From IMG/VR virus record IMGVR_UViG_3300008261_000001, positions 226,180-290,179 of that record: 64,000 bases of DNA. The stretch is one strand, 5' to 3'. The position numbers and the translations under genes are program-made. This document shows, one piece after another, positions 55,864 to 63,994 of this stretch (positions are counted from its first letter, which is position 1; the number at the start of each line of letters is the position of its first letter). The notes under the pieces were generated by a model. The model saw only the letters and a list, made by a program, of their open reading frames with translations, did not search any database and was not told the DNA's origin.

Positions 55864-56490
55864 ATGAATAACCCCGTTATTTGCTTACGCGATGCGAATA
55901 TCCCCAACGGCTCACTTATGATTAAGGATATGTGGCCAAACAGGTCACAAGCGAACCCTGTGGTCGATCCAGCACCTCAGGGTCCTCGTTATATCCGTCA
56001 GCCTGAGAACACCCTTCCTGTGGTAAATGCTTTAGCTGTGGCTAGAGAAGTAAGTGGTCTTGCCGCTTATCTCTTAGTCACCGTAGATGCAGACGGTGCC
56101 AACTTCACAGGTGCAGAAGCCAAAGAAGCGGCTGACGCCATCATCACCGCCATGAGAGCGGGCGATGCACTTGCGGAAGCAGACCTCAACGACATCCTCG
56201 ATGGTGTTGTTGCGGGAGCAGGTATTGTCGGCACAGGGAACTCCACCGCCACCGTGGGGAACATCCTCGCTGTCCTCGGTGGGGCTAAGTTCGTAGTACC
56301 AGCCGGTACCGATGTAGACGATGCTTATCTGACTGAGGCAGAGCAAGAGGCTTTGTTCGATACAGGTGCCTATGCTCCCATCGTTAACGAGGACTCTAGC
56401 TTTTGGATTTCTTTAGAGCAAGGGAATCTCTTTAAGGCTAAGACTAACGACTTCGTAGTCGTTTACGATGTCGATGGTTCTGTTCTCTGA
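55864..56490 (+). CDS. Putative virion protein, paralogue 3 of 3
   Basis: IKDMWPNRSQANPVVDPAPQGPRY ... VYDVDG. Confidence 0.6.
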   Translation: MNNPVICLRDANIPNGSLMIKDMWPNRSQANPVVDPAPQGPRYIRQPENTLPVVNALAVAREVSGLAAYLLVTVDADGANFTGAEAKEAADAIITAMRAGDALAEADLNDILDGVVAGAGIVGTGNSTATVGNILAVLGGAKFVVPAGTDVDDAYLTEAEQEALFDTGAYAPIVNEDSSFWISLEQGNLFKAKTNDFVVVYDVDGSVL

Positions 56491-56506
56491 GATTGGATAG
56501 GATAGA

Positions 56507-56731
56507 TTGAAAGTATCATTATCCGATAAAAAAGCTGTGGGTGCGTTCCTTCAAGGTGAGAGCTTTGAAGGAAGGGTGTTAGTATCCACGGGTAAAGAGC
56601 TAAGAGCCACATGGGGCAATAAGCCTTTAGTGGCACATTGGAAAGACGGAAAAGTTATCCAATGTGTCTCTGAGGACAAGGGAGTTAAGAGGGCATTGGA
56701 AATAATGGATAGTTTGGGGATAAAGGGCTGA
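56507..56731 (+). CDS. Hypothetical protein
   Basis: TTG start, AGGA RBS. Confidence 0.5.
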   Translation: MKVSLSDKKAVGAFLQGESFEGRVLVSTGKELRATWGNKPLVAHWKDGKVIQCVSEDKGVKRALEIMDSLGIKG

Positions 56732-56735
56732 GTTT

Positions 56736-56990
56736 ATGGACTTCGAGCCTGCGGAGCTTTACAAGACTTCGGACTTGTATTTTGCCGCGTTCTTGAAGTC
56801 TGCGGGCTTAGACCTACTTACCTCTGAGGTATTGGATAAGAAGGTCGTTTTTGTCTTTGAGAAAATAGATTTAATAAAAGACCTCAAACGCGAGTACTTC
56901 AACCGCACCGCTCGCGTATCTGCTTTGACCTTTGTGGACGAAATAAGAAATCTTAAATCTCTCACCCACATGACTAGAGAAGGTTCTTAA
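56736..56990 (+). CDS. Small phage protein (DUF5659-like)
   Basis: YKTSDLYFAAFL...VVFVF...LKS pattern. Confidence 0.55.
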   Translation: MDFEPAELYKTSDLYFAAFLKSAGLDLLTSEVLDKKVVFVFEKIDLIKDLKREYFNRTARVSALTFVDEIRNLKSLTHMTREGS

Positions 56991-57040
56991 AGGCTTTATA
57001 CCCCTTGTATTGGATAAAACCTAGAGGGGGTTTAAGCAAT

Positions 57041-57400
57041 ATGACACCAGCAGTTATTCATGTAGAAGAGGGCAAGTCTGTTCCATGTTCGGTGGGGTGG
57101 ACGGACTCTATTGGTCGTCCATTAGAGGTGGAGGATGTTCAAGCGTCACTTTACACCTATAACGGAAATGTAAGGAGCGTATTGGTCGAGCCAGCGTTGA
57201 TGATACAGACGGATCAGACGCATAGGTACATACTGAGGTTTGTGATACCTGAGGGGTACTTGGGCAAGTACTTGTATGTGGAGTTTACGGCTAATCTCGT
57301 ATCGGATAACTCAGCTTTGTCCTCTGATTTAATCCTTTATGTGATAGACCCATTATCCGATGGGGGTATAACCCCTAGCCCCATCGTAAGGGTTTTGTAA
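57041..57400 (+). CDS. Ig-like putative structural protein
   Basis: Beta-strand pattern; GAGGGG RBS before ATG 57041. Confidence 0.5.
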   Translation: MTPAVIHVEEGKSVPCSVGWTDSIGRPLEVEDVQASLYTYNGNVRSVLVEPALMIQTDQTHRYILRFVIPEGYLGKYLYVEFTANLVSDNSALSSDLILYVIDPLSDGGITPSPIVRVL

Positions 57401-57467
57401 ATCGTTTATATTTAGCTATATAAGCCTATCTCTACAAAGATAGTCCTCTACACAAAGGATAATAAAA

Positions 57468-57779
57468 ATGAGCGTAAGAAAAGAACTGATTCGTATTGCC
57501 AACGAGAACCCTCACCTTCGTTCAGTGATCATCCCTGCGTTAAAGAAGAACGATCAGAGTGAGCTTGTTAGGGTTGCTCAGAGTATCTTGGCTGAAGAAG
57601 AGGCTGAAGCTCCTACATCGGCACCTGCTCCTGTAGAGCCAGAGGCTAAGACGGCATCTCAAGCTAAGACCGCTAAGGCTGATTTGGATGCGAATCTTCG
57701 CAAGCAGATTATCCGTTTGGCTTCTGAGCGTCCTGATCTTAGGGAAGTGCTTGTCCCTTTACTCAAGGCAACCAAGTGA
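57468..57779 (+). CDS. Small protein with duplicated RKxxIRxA.E.PxLR helix; possible scaffold or internal head protein
   Basis: Two copies of the motif separated by an acidic/Ala-Pro linker. Confidence 0.55.
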   Translation: MSVRKELIRIANENPHLRSVIIPALKKNDQSELVRVAQSILAEEEAEAPTSAPAPVEPEAKTASQAKTAKADLDANLRKQIIRLASERPDLREVLVPLLKATK

Positions 57780-58100
57780 ATGTCGGTTGTCTTTAGACAG
57801 AGGCAGGTGCTTGGTCCAAACGACCTTCGGATAGAGTTTTATCTGTCTGATGGGAGTCCTTTTGAGCCTTACTCTATCACTTATGCTTTTTATGGTGACG
57901 ATCCTTTGATGGGTAAATGGCGTGTAGGGAGTGCGGGTCGTATCCCCTTTCAAGAAGCTGAGGGTAAGTACTTTGTAGCAGAGACGCTCACCACAGCGTT
58001 TAAGCCTGGTGCTTACTACATAGAGTGGACTATGCAGAGGACAAGCACCTCTCCTTTAGAAATCGCTAAGAAGCAAGAGTTTGCGTTTGTAGCCGAGTAG
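57780..58100 (+). CDS. Ig-like putative structural protein
   Basis: GKYF...PGAYYIEW. Confidence 0.5.
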   Translation: MSVVFRQRQVLGPNDLRIEFYLSDGSPFEPYSITYAFYGDDPLMGKWRVGSAGRIPFQEAEGKYFVAETLTTAFKPGAYYIEWTMQRTSTSPLEIAKKQEFAFVAE

Positions 58101-58163
58101 ATTTTATCCATATTTCGTTTATATCTTTTACCTTTTTCAAACAGAAAGAGGTAGGTGATATAA

Positions 58164-58532
58164 ATGGGAAACTTTTGGATTAGAGAAAATGGTGTGAACA
58201 CGCTCAAGGGTGTAGAGGGCGAAGAGGGTAACTTTCCAATCTTGCCAGCCATTCTCATCGTCACCATGCTAAATGAAAATCAGCAGGCGAGAGACGACTT
58301 TGAGAAGTTGTTTCCGATGATGTCCCCCACAGAGCAAGAGCGTTTAACCGAGTTATTTTCTTTTACACGACCGCCCTTAGAGTATCCGCAGGTGGTTGAG
58401 GATAAGTTCCAAAAGGGTTTAAATAACCTAGTAGTAAGGAGTGTCACAAACCTACCGAGGAACATAAACAGGTCTGAAAATAAGTACTCGGGTACGGTCG
58501 TTAGGCTCTCAAGCCCTCCGAGGAGTAGATAG
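58164..58532 (+). CDS. Hypothetical protein
   Basis: GAGGTAGGTG RBS inside a hairpin. Confidence 0.55.
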   Translation: MGNFWIRENGVNTLKGVEGEEGNFPILPAILIVTMLNENQQARDDFEKLFPMMSPTEQERLTELFSFTRPPLEYPQVVEDKFQKGLNNLVVRSVTNLPRNINRSENKYSGTVVRLSSPPRSR

Positions 58533-58535
58533 TTT

Positions 58536-58889
58536 ATGTTGCTCACACCGCCACCCAAAAAGACTGAACCTAAAGACGAGGGTTTTGACTTGGAGGATCT
58601 GAACAGACTGCCCTTAAAGAGTAAAAAGTTCTTGGCTTATCTGATATCCGAGGTAGGTTGGAAATGCTCCCTTTTTGGGGTTTTATATCTCTATCGTGCT
58701 GAGATAGATTACTATGCTTTCTTTCTGTTGTTAGCCATCGTAGTGACGAATGGTTTCCTACAAATCGGATACATTTTGGGGGAGGTCGCTTTAGACAAGT
58801 ACAGCCGAGTAGCGGTTCAGGCAGTTAAAGGCAGAAAACAAAAGGGTGAGAAGTGGGATAAAGTCGTCATAGACGAGGAAGAGGATTAA
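58536..58889 (+). CDS. Two-TM membrane protein (holin-like)
   Basis: KSKKFLAYL followed by two hydrophobic helices, charged tail. Confidence 0.5.
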   Translation: MLLTPPPKKTEPKDEGFDLEDLNRLPLKSKKFLAYLISEVGWKCSLFGVLYLYRAEIDYYAFFLLLAIVVTNGFLQIGYILGEVALDKYSRVAVQAVKGRKQKGEKWDKVVIDEEED

Positions 58890-58893
58890 AGCC

Positions 58894-60261
58894 ATGAGTG
58901 CATCCACATCTTACGCTAATAAGACAACTAAAGCCCTAAAAGCCCTCGCTTTATCCCTAAGGCATTACAAGAAGCCATTACCATCATCGGATAAAGAAGA
59001 GCAAAGGGTTCACATCAAGGGCATATTGGATAAGATTAAAGAACTGCCGAATGTGGTTTTATTTTTAGATTCACACATAGGGAAAACACAAGTGAAGCCC
59101 GTTAAGTCGGGTCGGGCAGGTGCTGTAAGGCTACTTGCTCAGTACTTGGGTGGGAAGTTTTCTATTGTAGAGATGGAGGAGGCGGCGGTCGGTTTTTTCC
59201 AAAAGAACTACGAAGCTAGGGCTATTCATAGGGGGCAAGCTCCACTAAATGAAACGATACCCGAGAAGATTAAAGCGTTCCTACCACCTAAAATAGTGAT
59301 TAAATTGGATAACGATGGGTACATAAAGGAAATAACCGATATGTACGACAACGAGTCGTATGGGCTTTTAGAAAAAATAAACGCACAACAAAAGATACTG
59401 CGGGAGTACAAAACCATACAGAGGAAAGTATGGAATGGATTCGATTCAAAAGACGAGGCAGTTAAAAACTTATCCATTATTTTGGGTGTTATAATAGAGA
59501 CAGGGATTAGACCTGGGAGTAGGTCTAATGGGATAAAAGAGATACTGAGTGGTAAAGAGGTGAGAAAAGAGACTTTTGGTGCGGTCTCGTTGAAGAGAAA
59601 GCACTTGGTTTTATCCAAAGACGAAATCAAGCTAGAGTTCGAAGGAAAAAAGGGGACTATCAATAGGGCGACTATCAAGGATAAAAGACTTCTGATGGCT
59701 CTCAAAGGTGTCTGTGCGGAGAGGCGAGGGGGAGATCTGTACTTGTTTCCAGATGTGGAATATGAGGACTTAGCCAAGTTCTTCAAAAAGAACTTCGAGG
59801 GGTTGAAGATAACGGACTTTAGGAAGCTAAGAGCCACTAAAGAAGTTTACGATGGGTTAAAGGCAGAACAAGCTCGTTTGTTTAAGACCATTAAGGGGTT
59901 CGTTGGGTTAGAAGTAAAGAAGCAAGAGGAGATGGTGATTGACGCTATAGCCGATACGCTTAAGAGCGTACACTCAAAGGCTCAAACGGCACTCAGCCAT
60001 GAGTCCTCCAAAACCACTGAAAAGTCTTATATCAACCCACAGATCTTGTTGTCGTTTTTATCCAATGGTGGGCTTTTACCCTCTATCGAAGAGTGTGTCT
60101 TAGAGGGGAAAACACGACTTGTATTCGACATACAATCATTTCTTAAAAACTCTAAGCGTGTCGCCTCGGTTGGGGGGGTAAAATACCCTATAATGACTAC
60201 ATCTAAGGGACTCGACAGAAACCTATCGGATATCTTGTTCGATCTGATTGAGTGCCTCTAG
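58894..60261 (+). CDS. DNA topoisomerase IB (poxvirus/bacterial-type catalytic domain)
   Basis: ETGIRPG (R), FGAVSLKRKH, FEGKKG (K), DFRK (R), LSHE (H), KSYINP (Y). Confidence 0.85.
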   Translation: MSASTSYANKTTKALKALALSLRHYKKPLPSSDKEEQRVHIKGILDKIKELPNVVLFLDSHIGKTQVKPVKSGRAGAVRLLAQYLGGKFSIVEMEEAAVGFFQKNYEARAIHRGQAPLNETIPEKIKAFLPPKIVIKLDNDGYIKEITDMYDNESYGLLEKINAQQKILREYKTIQRKVWNGFDSKDEAVKNLSIILGVIIETGIRPGSRSNGIKEILSGKEVRKETFGAVSLKRKHLVLSKDEIKLEFEGKKGTINRATIKDKRLLMALKGVCAERRGGDLYLFPDVEYEDLAKFFKKNFEGLKITDFRKLRATKEVYDGLKAEQARLFKTIKGFVGLEVKKQEEMVIDAIADTLKSVHSKAQTALSHESSKTTEKSYINPQILLSFLSNGGLLPSIEECVLEGKTRLVFDIQSFLKNSKRVASVGGVKYPIMTTSKGLDRNLSDILFDLIECL

Positions 60262-60275
60262 TTAGGAGTAATGTA

Positions 60276-60485
60276 ATGAACCGCCATATGTTCTTATCCA
60301 TTTTATTTGTCTGTTCTGTGGTGTTTGTGTACTACGCCACATCAACATCTCTAGCCCACGATCTAACACAGCCTTGTACTGATCTTCTCGAAAACAAGTT
60401 TGAGCAAGAAAAGCCAAAAGAGATAGACTATGGGCTTGAGGACTCGGATATGTACTCAGACGAAGATTTTAGGTGTGATTGTTAA
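60276..60485 (+). CDS. Small secreted or membrane protein
   Basis: N-terminal hydrophobic segment; AGGAG RBS. Confidence 0.5.
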   Translation: MNRHMFLSILFVCSVVFVYYATSTSLAHDLTQPCTDLLENKFEQEKPKEIDYGLEDSDMYSDEDFRCDC

Positions 60486-60487
60486 TC

Positions 60488-61081
60488 ATGAGTTCAGATA
60501 AAAATCCATTTGGGGGCGGTAACGCTGTCTCCCTTTACATACCCATCACCGACATCGAACAAGAGTTCTTAGCTCGTTTAACTGAGAGCAAAGACATAAT
60601 GCTTATTGTTCACGAGTGGGGCTACATAGAGTCACCGAGGATTACCTTTGGTGATAAGAACCTCCATGTACACTTCAAGATGTTGTTTGACCGACCTGAC
60701 CCACCGATGGGTGTGAGAGCGTTCGACCTAGAACTTAAGACGAGAAGTGGACTTTCTCTTTTTCGTCAAAAGATGAGCGTAGAGTACGATGGAGAACCGC
60801 TCTTGGTAGGTGCTGGTTTAGAGTTCGACATGGTGTGGGATATAGCCATCCGATACATAGACCCAAAAGTCATTAAAGCCCTTATGCCTCATACGATTGG
60901 GATGACATCTAGGCTCCAAGACACCGCCACACACGATATGACCGTAACAGGTAATATGAAGCTCACCCAAGACCTTGTTCGTAAGGCACACGCTCTAAGA
61001 GAGACAGAGCTACTACTGCCTTCCTTGATCGAAAAGGCAAAGCAAGAGGCGAGGGTGAAGGCAAGTAAGAAGAAGTCTTAA
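60488..61081 (+). CDS. Hypothetical protein
   Basis: ~200-aa ORF; AGGTG RBS. Confidence 0.6.
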   Translation: MSSDKNPFGGGNAVSLYIPITDIEQEFLARLTESKDIMLIVHEWGYIESPRITFGDKNLHVHFKMLFDRPDPPMGVRAFDLELKTRSGLSLFRQKMSVEYDGEPLLVGAGLEFDMVWDIAIRYIDPKVIKALMPHTIGMTSRLQDTATHDMTVTGNMKLTQDLVRKAHALRETELLLPSLIEKAKQEARVKASKKKS

Positions 61082-61129
61082 TAGTGCGTTTATAACCCCC
61101 TTAAGGCACAACTTTAAGGAGGGTATTAA

Positions 61130-61564
61130 ATGCTCTTAAATCGCATAGCCTCACTACATAGGCGTATCTTAGCACTAGAAGAGGTAGCTCCTAGTGCAGA
61201 AGAGCACTTCTTCGATAACCCACAATATAAAAGCGTGAGGGAGTTCGGAAACTCTGAGGCTATATCCAATAAGCCCGATGTGGCTACCAAAGCCGTCAAA
61301 GAGTCCGATGCTCCAGATAGAAGCGTCACTGAGGCTAAAAGGGAAAGCCTTCAAGCACCTCCTCCTCCTGAGGAAATAATAGAAAAGCCAGGTGGTAAAG
61401 ACTTCTCTACGCTCACTCAGCTTCTGATCGAAACCGAAGAGCCTGTCAAGGGTGTTCCTGAGGGGTATGAAGACGCACCAAAAGCACAACCTGTCCCCCC
61501 TCACAGCGAGGAAGTCAAAAAACAGGCTGTTAAACAAGCCATGCGGAAACTCGGATACCGCTAA
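61130..61564 (+). CDS. Acidic/Pro-rich protein with RIAS leader; possible internal head protein
   Basis: NRIASLHRRILALE; late-motif promoter and RBS hairpin upstream. Confidence 0.55.
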   Translation: MLLNRIASLHRRILALEEVAPSAEEHFFDNPQYKSVREFGNSEAISNKPDVATKAVKESDAPDRSVTEAKRESLQAPPPPEEIIEKPGGKDFSTLTQLLIETEEPVKGVPEGYEDAPKAQPVPPHSEEVKKQAVKQAMRKLGYR

Positions 61565-61582
61565 CCATCACCTAAGGAGTAC

Positions 61583-62152
61583 ATGATGACTATAGATAAC
61601 TTGATGGCAACGGCTCATGACTTAGATGTAATCGTCATGGGGGATAGATTCCCCGTCGTAGCTGGTCCTTTACTCAGAGCGAGTAAATGGAAATCTGGAA
61701 CATGGGTGCGTTATGTCGAGGACGAGAACAACACCAATAACTGGACTGTAGAGAAATCTAACGGCATATATGCGGCAGGTTTTCTCATCTATGGTAGTGA
61801 GGATTATTCCAACGCTCGTAGATCGAGCTATAGGAACTTCACCTCGTATCAGAACGCTGGCGAGTTATCCGAAGCCTCTGGTACTGCCGTTGTCACTATG
61901 ATTACAGGTGGGGGTAGGTTCCTCTTTGCTAACTACGAAACCGTAGCCCTCAACGGAGCAGGTGAGCGTTCCGGTGGTCCAATCACTTATGTGTTGGGTG
62001 AGTATCTAAAGGTATCCGAAAATGGACTGTTGTGTAACGATACGGACGCTAACCTATTAGCCGCTACAGGTGGAACAGAGACAATAACAGTGGGGGTGTG
62101 TTCCAAGCTACCTGTAAATGGTGGGAAAATAGGCTTCGACCTCAAGTACTGA
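61583..62152 (+). CDS. Putative head decoration/structural protein
   Basis: Y.LG..L.VSENGLL..VG.C pattern typical of capsid cement proteins. Confidence 0.45.
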   Translation: MMTIDNLMATAHDLDVIVMGDRFPVVAGPLLRASKWKSGTWVRYVEDENNTNNWTVEKSNGIYAAGFLIYGSEDYSNARRSSYRNFTSYQNAGELSEASGTAVVTMITGGGRFLFANYETVALNGAGERSGGPITYVLGEYLKVSENGLLCNDTDANLLAATGGTETITVGVCSKLPVNGGKIGFDLKY

Positions 62153-62429
62153 GGGATAACCTATTTCGGATAGTTTTCTCACAAACTCCGTACCTCTGAG
62201 CGATCTTTTTGTGAGTGAACCCTAGCTCCCTTAACCTCTTTATTTCCTCCAAGTCTAGGGGTATGGGCTTTCGGTTAGATGGGCAACCTTGTTTGCGTAG
62301 AGGTTCTCCAGCACCCACTAAACGATTTCTTATGGTGTTGGTTGAAACCCCATACTTGCGGGCTATAACGCTCATGCTATGCCCATCTCTGTACTCTTGA
62401 AGTAAGGCGGATATGGAAAGCTGTATCAT
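62142..62429 (-). CDS. Tandem helix-turn-helix DNA-binding protein
   Basis: IARKYGVSTNTIRNRL and IAQRYGVCEKTIRNRL. Confidence 0.8.
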   Translation of the reverse strand: MIQLSISALLQEYRDGHSMSVIARKYGVSTNTIRNRLVGAGEPLRKQGCPSNRKPIPLDLEEIKRLRELGFTHKKIAQRYGVCEKTIRNRLSLST

Positions 62430-62866
62430 AGGTTGTCTTTTAGCCAAGACAAGTCGAGCGTCCACTCGAACCTAGAGCGGTCTGTCCACACATTAAAGAC
62501 CCCTTGTATGTAAGCAGCAAGCTGTGCATCGTCTAGTTCGTTCACTTTGGATAAGTGAATCAAAACACGAGCTGGATCGTCTCCTATGCTCAAGGTACGC
62601 CCGAGGTGCTTTGCCTTGTGACAGAGCGGACAGAGAGCGATGAGACCCATGAGCTTTTGAATATGGTTCTCATCGTCATATTCCCAAATCTCGTGGCACT
62701 CCACTGGATGGTTTCGACCGACTCCGTTGCATATTTCACACCGATGAGAAGCCTTAGCGTAGCAAGCCTTGCGGAGCTTGTCCCACTCTGATGTTTTAAG
62801 GTTAGCATCGCTACGGAGATTGTTTCCCCAAGAAGTTTTGGGTACTAACTCTATCTTTAGTCTCAT
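62426..62866 (-). CDS. HNH endonuclease-like protein
   Basis: CEIC..ECHE.W..LCPLCHKAKH; GGAGGT RBS. Confidence 0.8.
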   Translation of the reverse strand: MRLKIELVPKTSWGNNLRSDANLKTSEWDKLRKACYAKASHRCEICNGVGRNHPVECHEIWEYDDENHIQKLMGLIALCPLCHKAKHLGRTLSIGDDPARVLIHLSKVNELDDAQLAAYIQGVFNVWTDRSRFEWTLDLSWLKDNL

Positions 62867-62927
62867 AAACACTACCTCCTCATGTATGATTGCACTTATA
62901 GAGAGGCACATCGGAAAGGATGAAAAA

Positions 62928-63245
62928 ATGAACCCTTTAAATAACCCTAAGTTTTACCTCAAGGCGGGCATGGAGTTTATGTCCAAAGCAGAGATGGGAG
63001 ATCTACATATAGTCGTACTGCGTGACGAGTCCGAGGATCCTACTATCCAAGCTCAAGACCTACCCACTAAGAAAGAAATGACAATGAGCTTGTCGAATCT
63101 AAAAGAAAACTTCATATACACGGCTTGTCCAGCTAATCTCACTTTCTTGAGAGCATATATCCGTCAAGAGGGTGTGGAGCCTTGCTCCTCAACGGACAAG
63201 ATTGCCCTTTTAAATCAGCTTTATCGGTTATGGGTTAGCTATTAA
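62928..63245 (+). CDS. Hypothetical protein
   Basis: AAGGA RBS before ATG 62928. Confidence 0.5.
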   Translation: MNPLNNPKFYLKAGMEFMSKAEMGDLHIVVLRDESEDPTIQAQDLPTKKEMTMSLSNLKENFIYTACPANLTFLRAYIRQEGVEPCSSTDKIALLNQLYRLWVSY

Positions 63246-63611
63246 AGCCCAAGACTCACGAAGGAAACCTAGTATATTCTCCCCCATAGTAATGAAAAAA
63301 TCCTCAGTGCCCTGAGCATCGTCTTTGAGGTACAAGTTGGGTGGGTTTTTCAAATCCGTGTAAAATATGATTAAATGCCCAGGGGATCCTCCCCCTGCAA
63401 TAACAAGTGGTGGGTAGCTAGGGTGGGTGAAGTTTGCAGACATAGCAGACATAGATTTGCTTACGGTTACTTGCTCTTGTATGAAACCACACTCCTCGAT
63501 GAGTTTAACACAGAATGAGAAGACCGATTGTGAGTTTACTTCGGATAAGTAAACTTGCAGATCGTCCGTTATGACCACTCGCTTTCCGTTAACTTTAGCT
63601 GTTATGGTCAT
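63228..63611 (-). CDS. Hypothetical protein, GKRV family
   Basis: GKRVV, ECGF, F.HPSYP.L, FLRESW. Confidence 0.65.
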   Translation of the reverse strand: MTITAKVNGKRVVITDDLQVYLSEVNSQSVFSFCVKLIEECGFIQEQVTVSKSMSAMSANFTHPSYPPLVIAGGGSPGHLIIFYTDLKNPPNLYLKDDAQGTEDFFITMGENILGFLRESWALIANP

Positions 63612-63616
63612 GGGCG

Positions 63617-63994
63617 TTAACCTTTAGTGGAAAATAAATCCCAAGACTCCCTCAAGAAAAGCAGTAACTCTACCCCCAATCTTTTGTAGAACTGAGCTTT
63701 AGTTTCAGTAGGTATGATGGGTGGCACGGTCAGCCTCTTATCCACACCTTCCCAAGTGAACACCACATAGAAGCTGGGTTCGTTATGGCTGAAACCATAA
63801 AGAGTAGGATAGCTTGGGTGGTTGAACGACAGTTCTCTACTACTCTCATCTAACGACAATGAACACATCTTTAAGTAAAAACCGCACTCATGCAACACCC
63901 CCTGTAGAAATGCCCAACAGGTCGTTTGATTTAATGATTTCTCGTCTAACTCGACCACTACACGCTTGCCCTCTACAACCTTTGTGTATTGCAT
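63617..63994 (-). CDS. Hypothetical protein, GKRV family
   Basis: GKRVV, ECGF, F.HPSYP.L, FLRESW. Confidence 0.65.
   Translation of the reverse strand: MQYTKVVEGKRVVVELDEKSLNQTTCWAFLQGVLHECGFYLKMCSLSLDESSRELSFNHPSYPTLYGFSHNEPSFYVVFTWEGVDKRLTVPPIIPTETKAQFYKRLGVELLLFLRESWDLFSTKG

Noticed and set aside
59226-59837. 203-aa antisense ORF and the many other short opposite-strand ORFs in the track
   Set aside because: Shadows of well-supported genes, with no RBS or motifs.
2099-60070. TTATCCA words as DnaA boxes marking an origin
   Set aside because: Most continue AT or TT rather than CA, and they are dispersed through genes rather than clustered.
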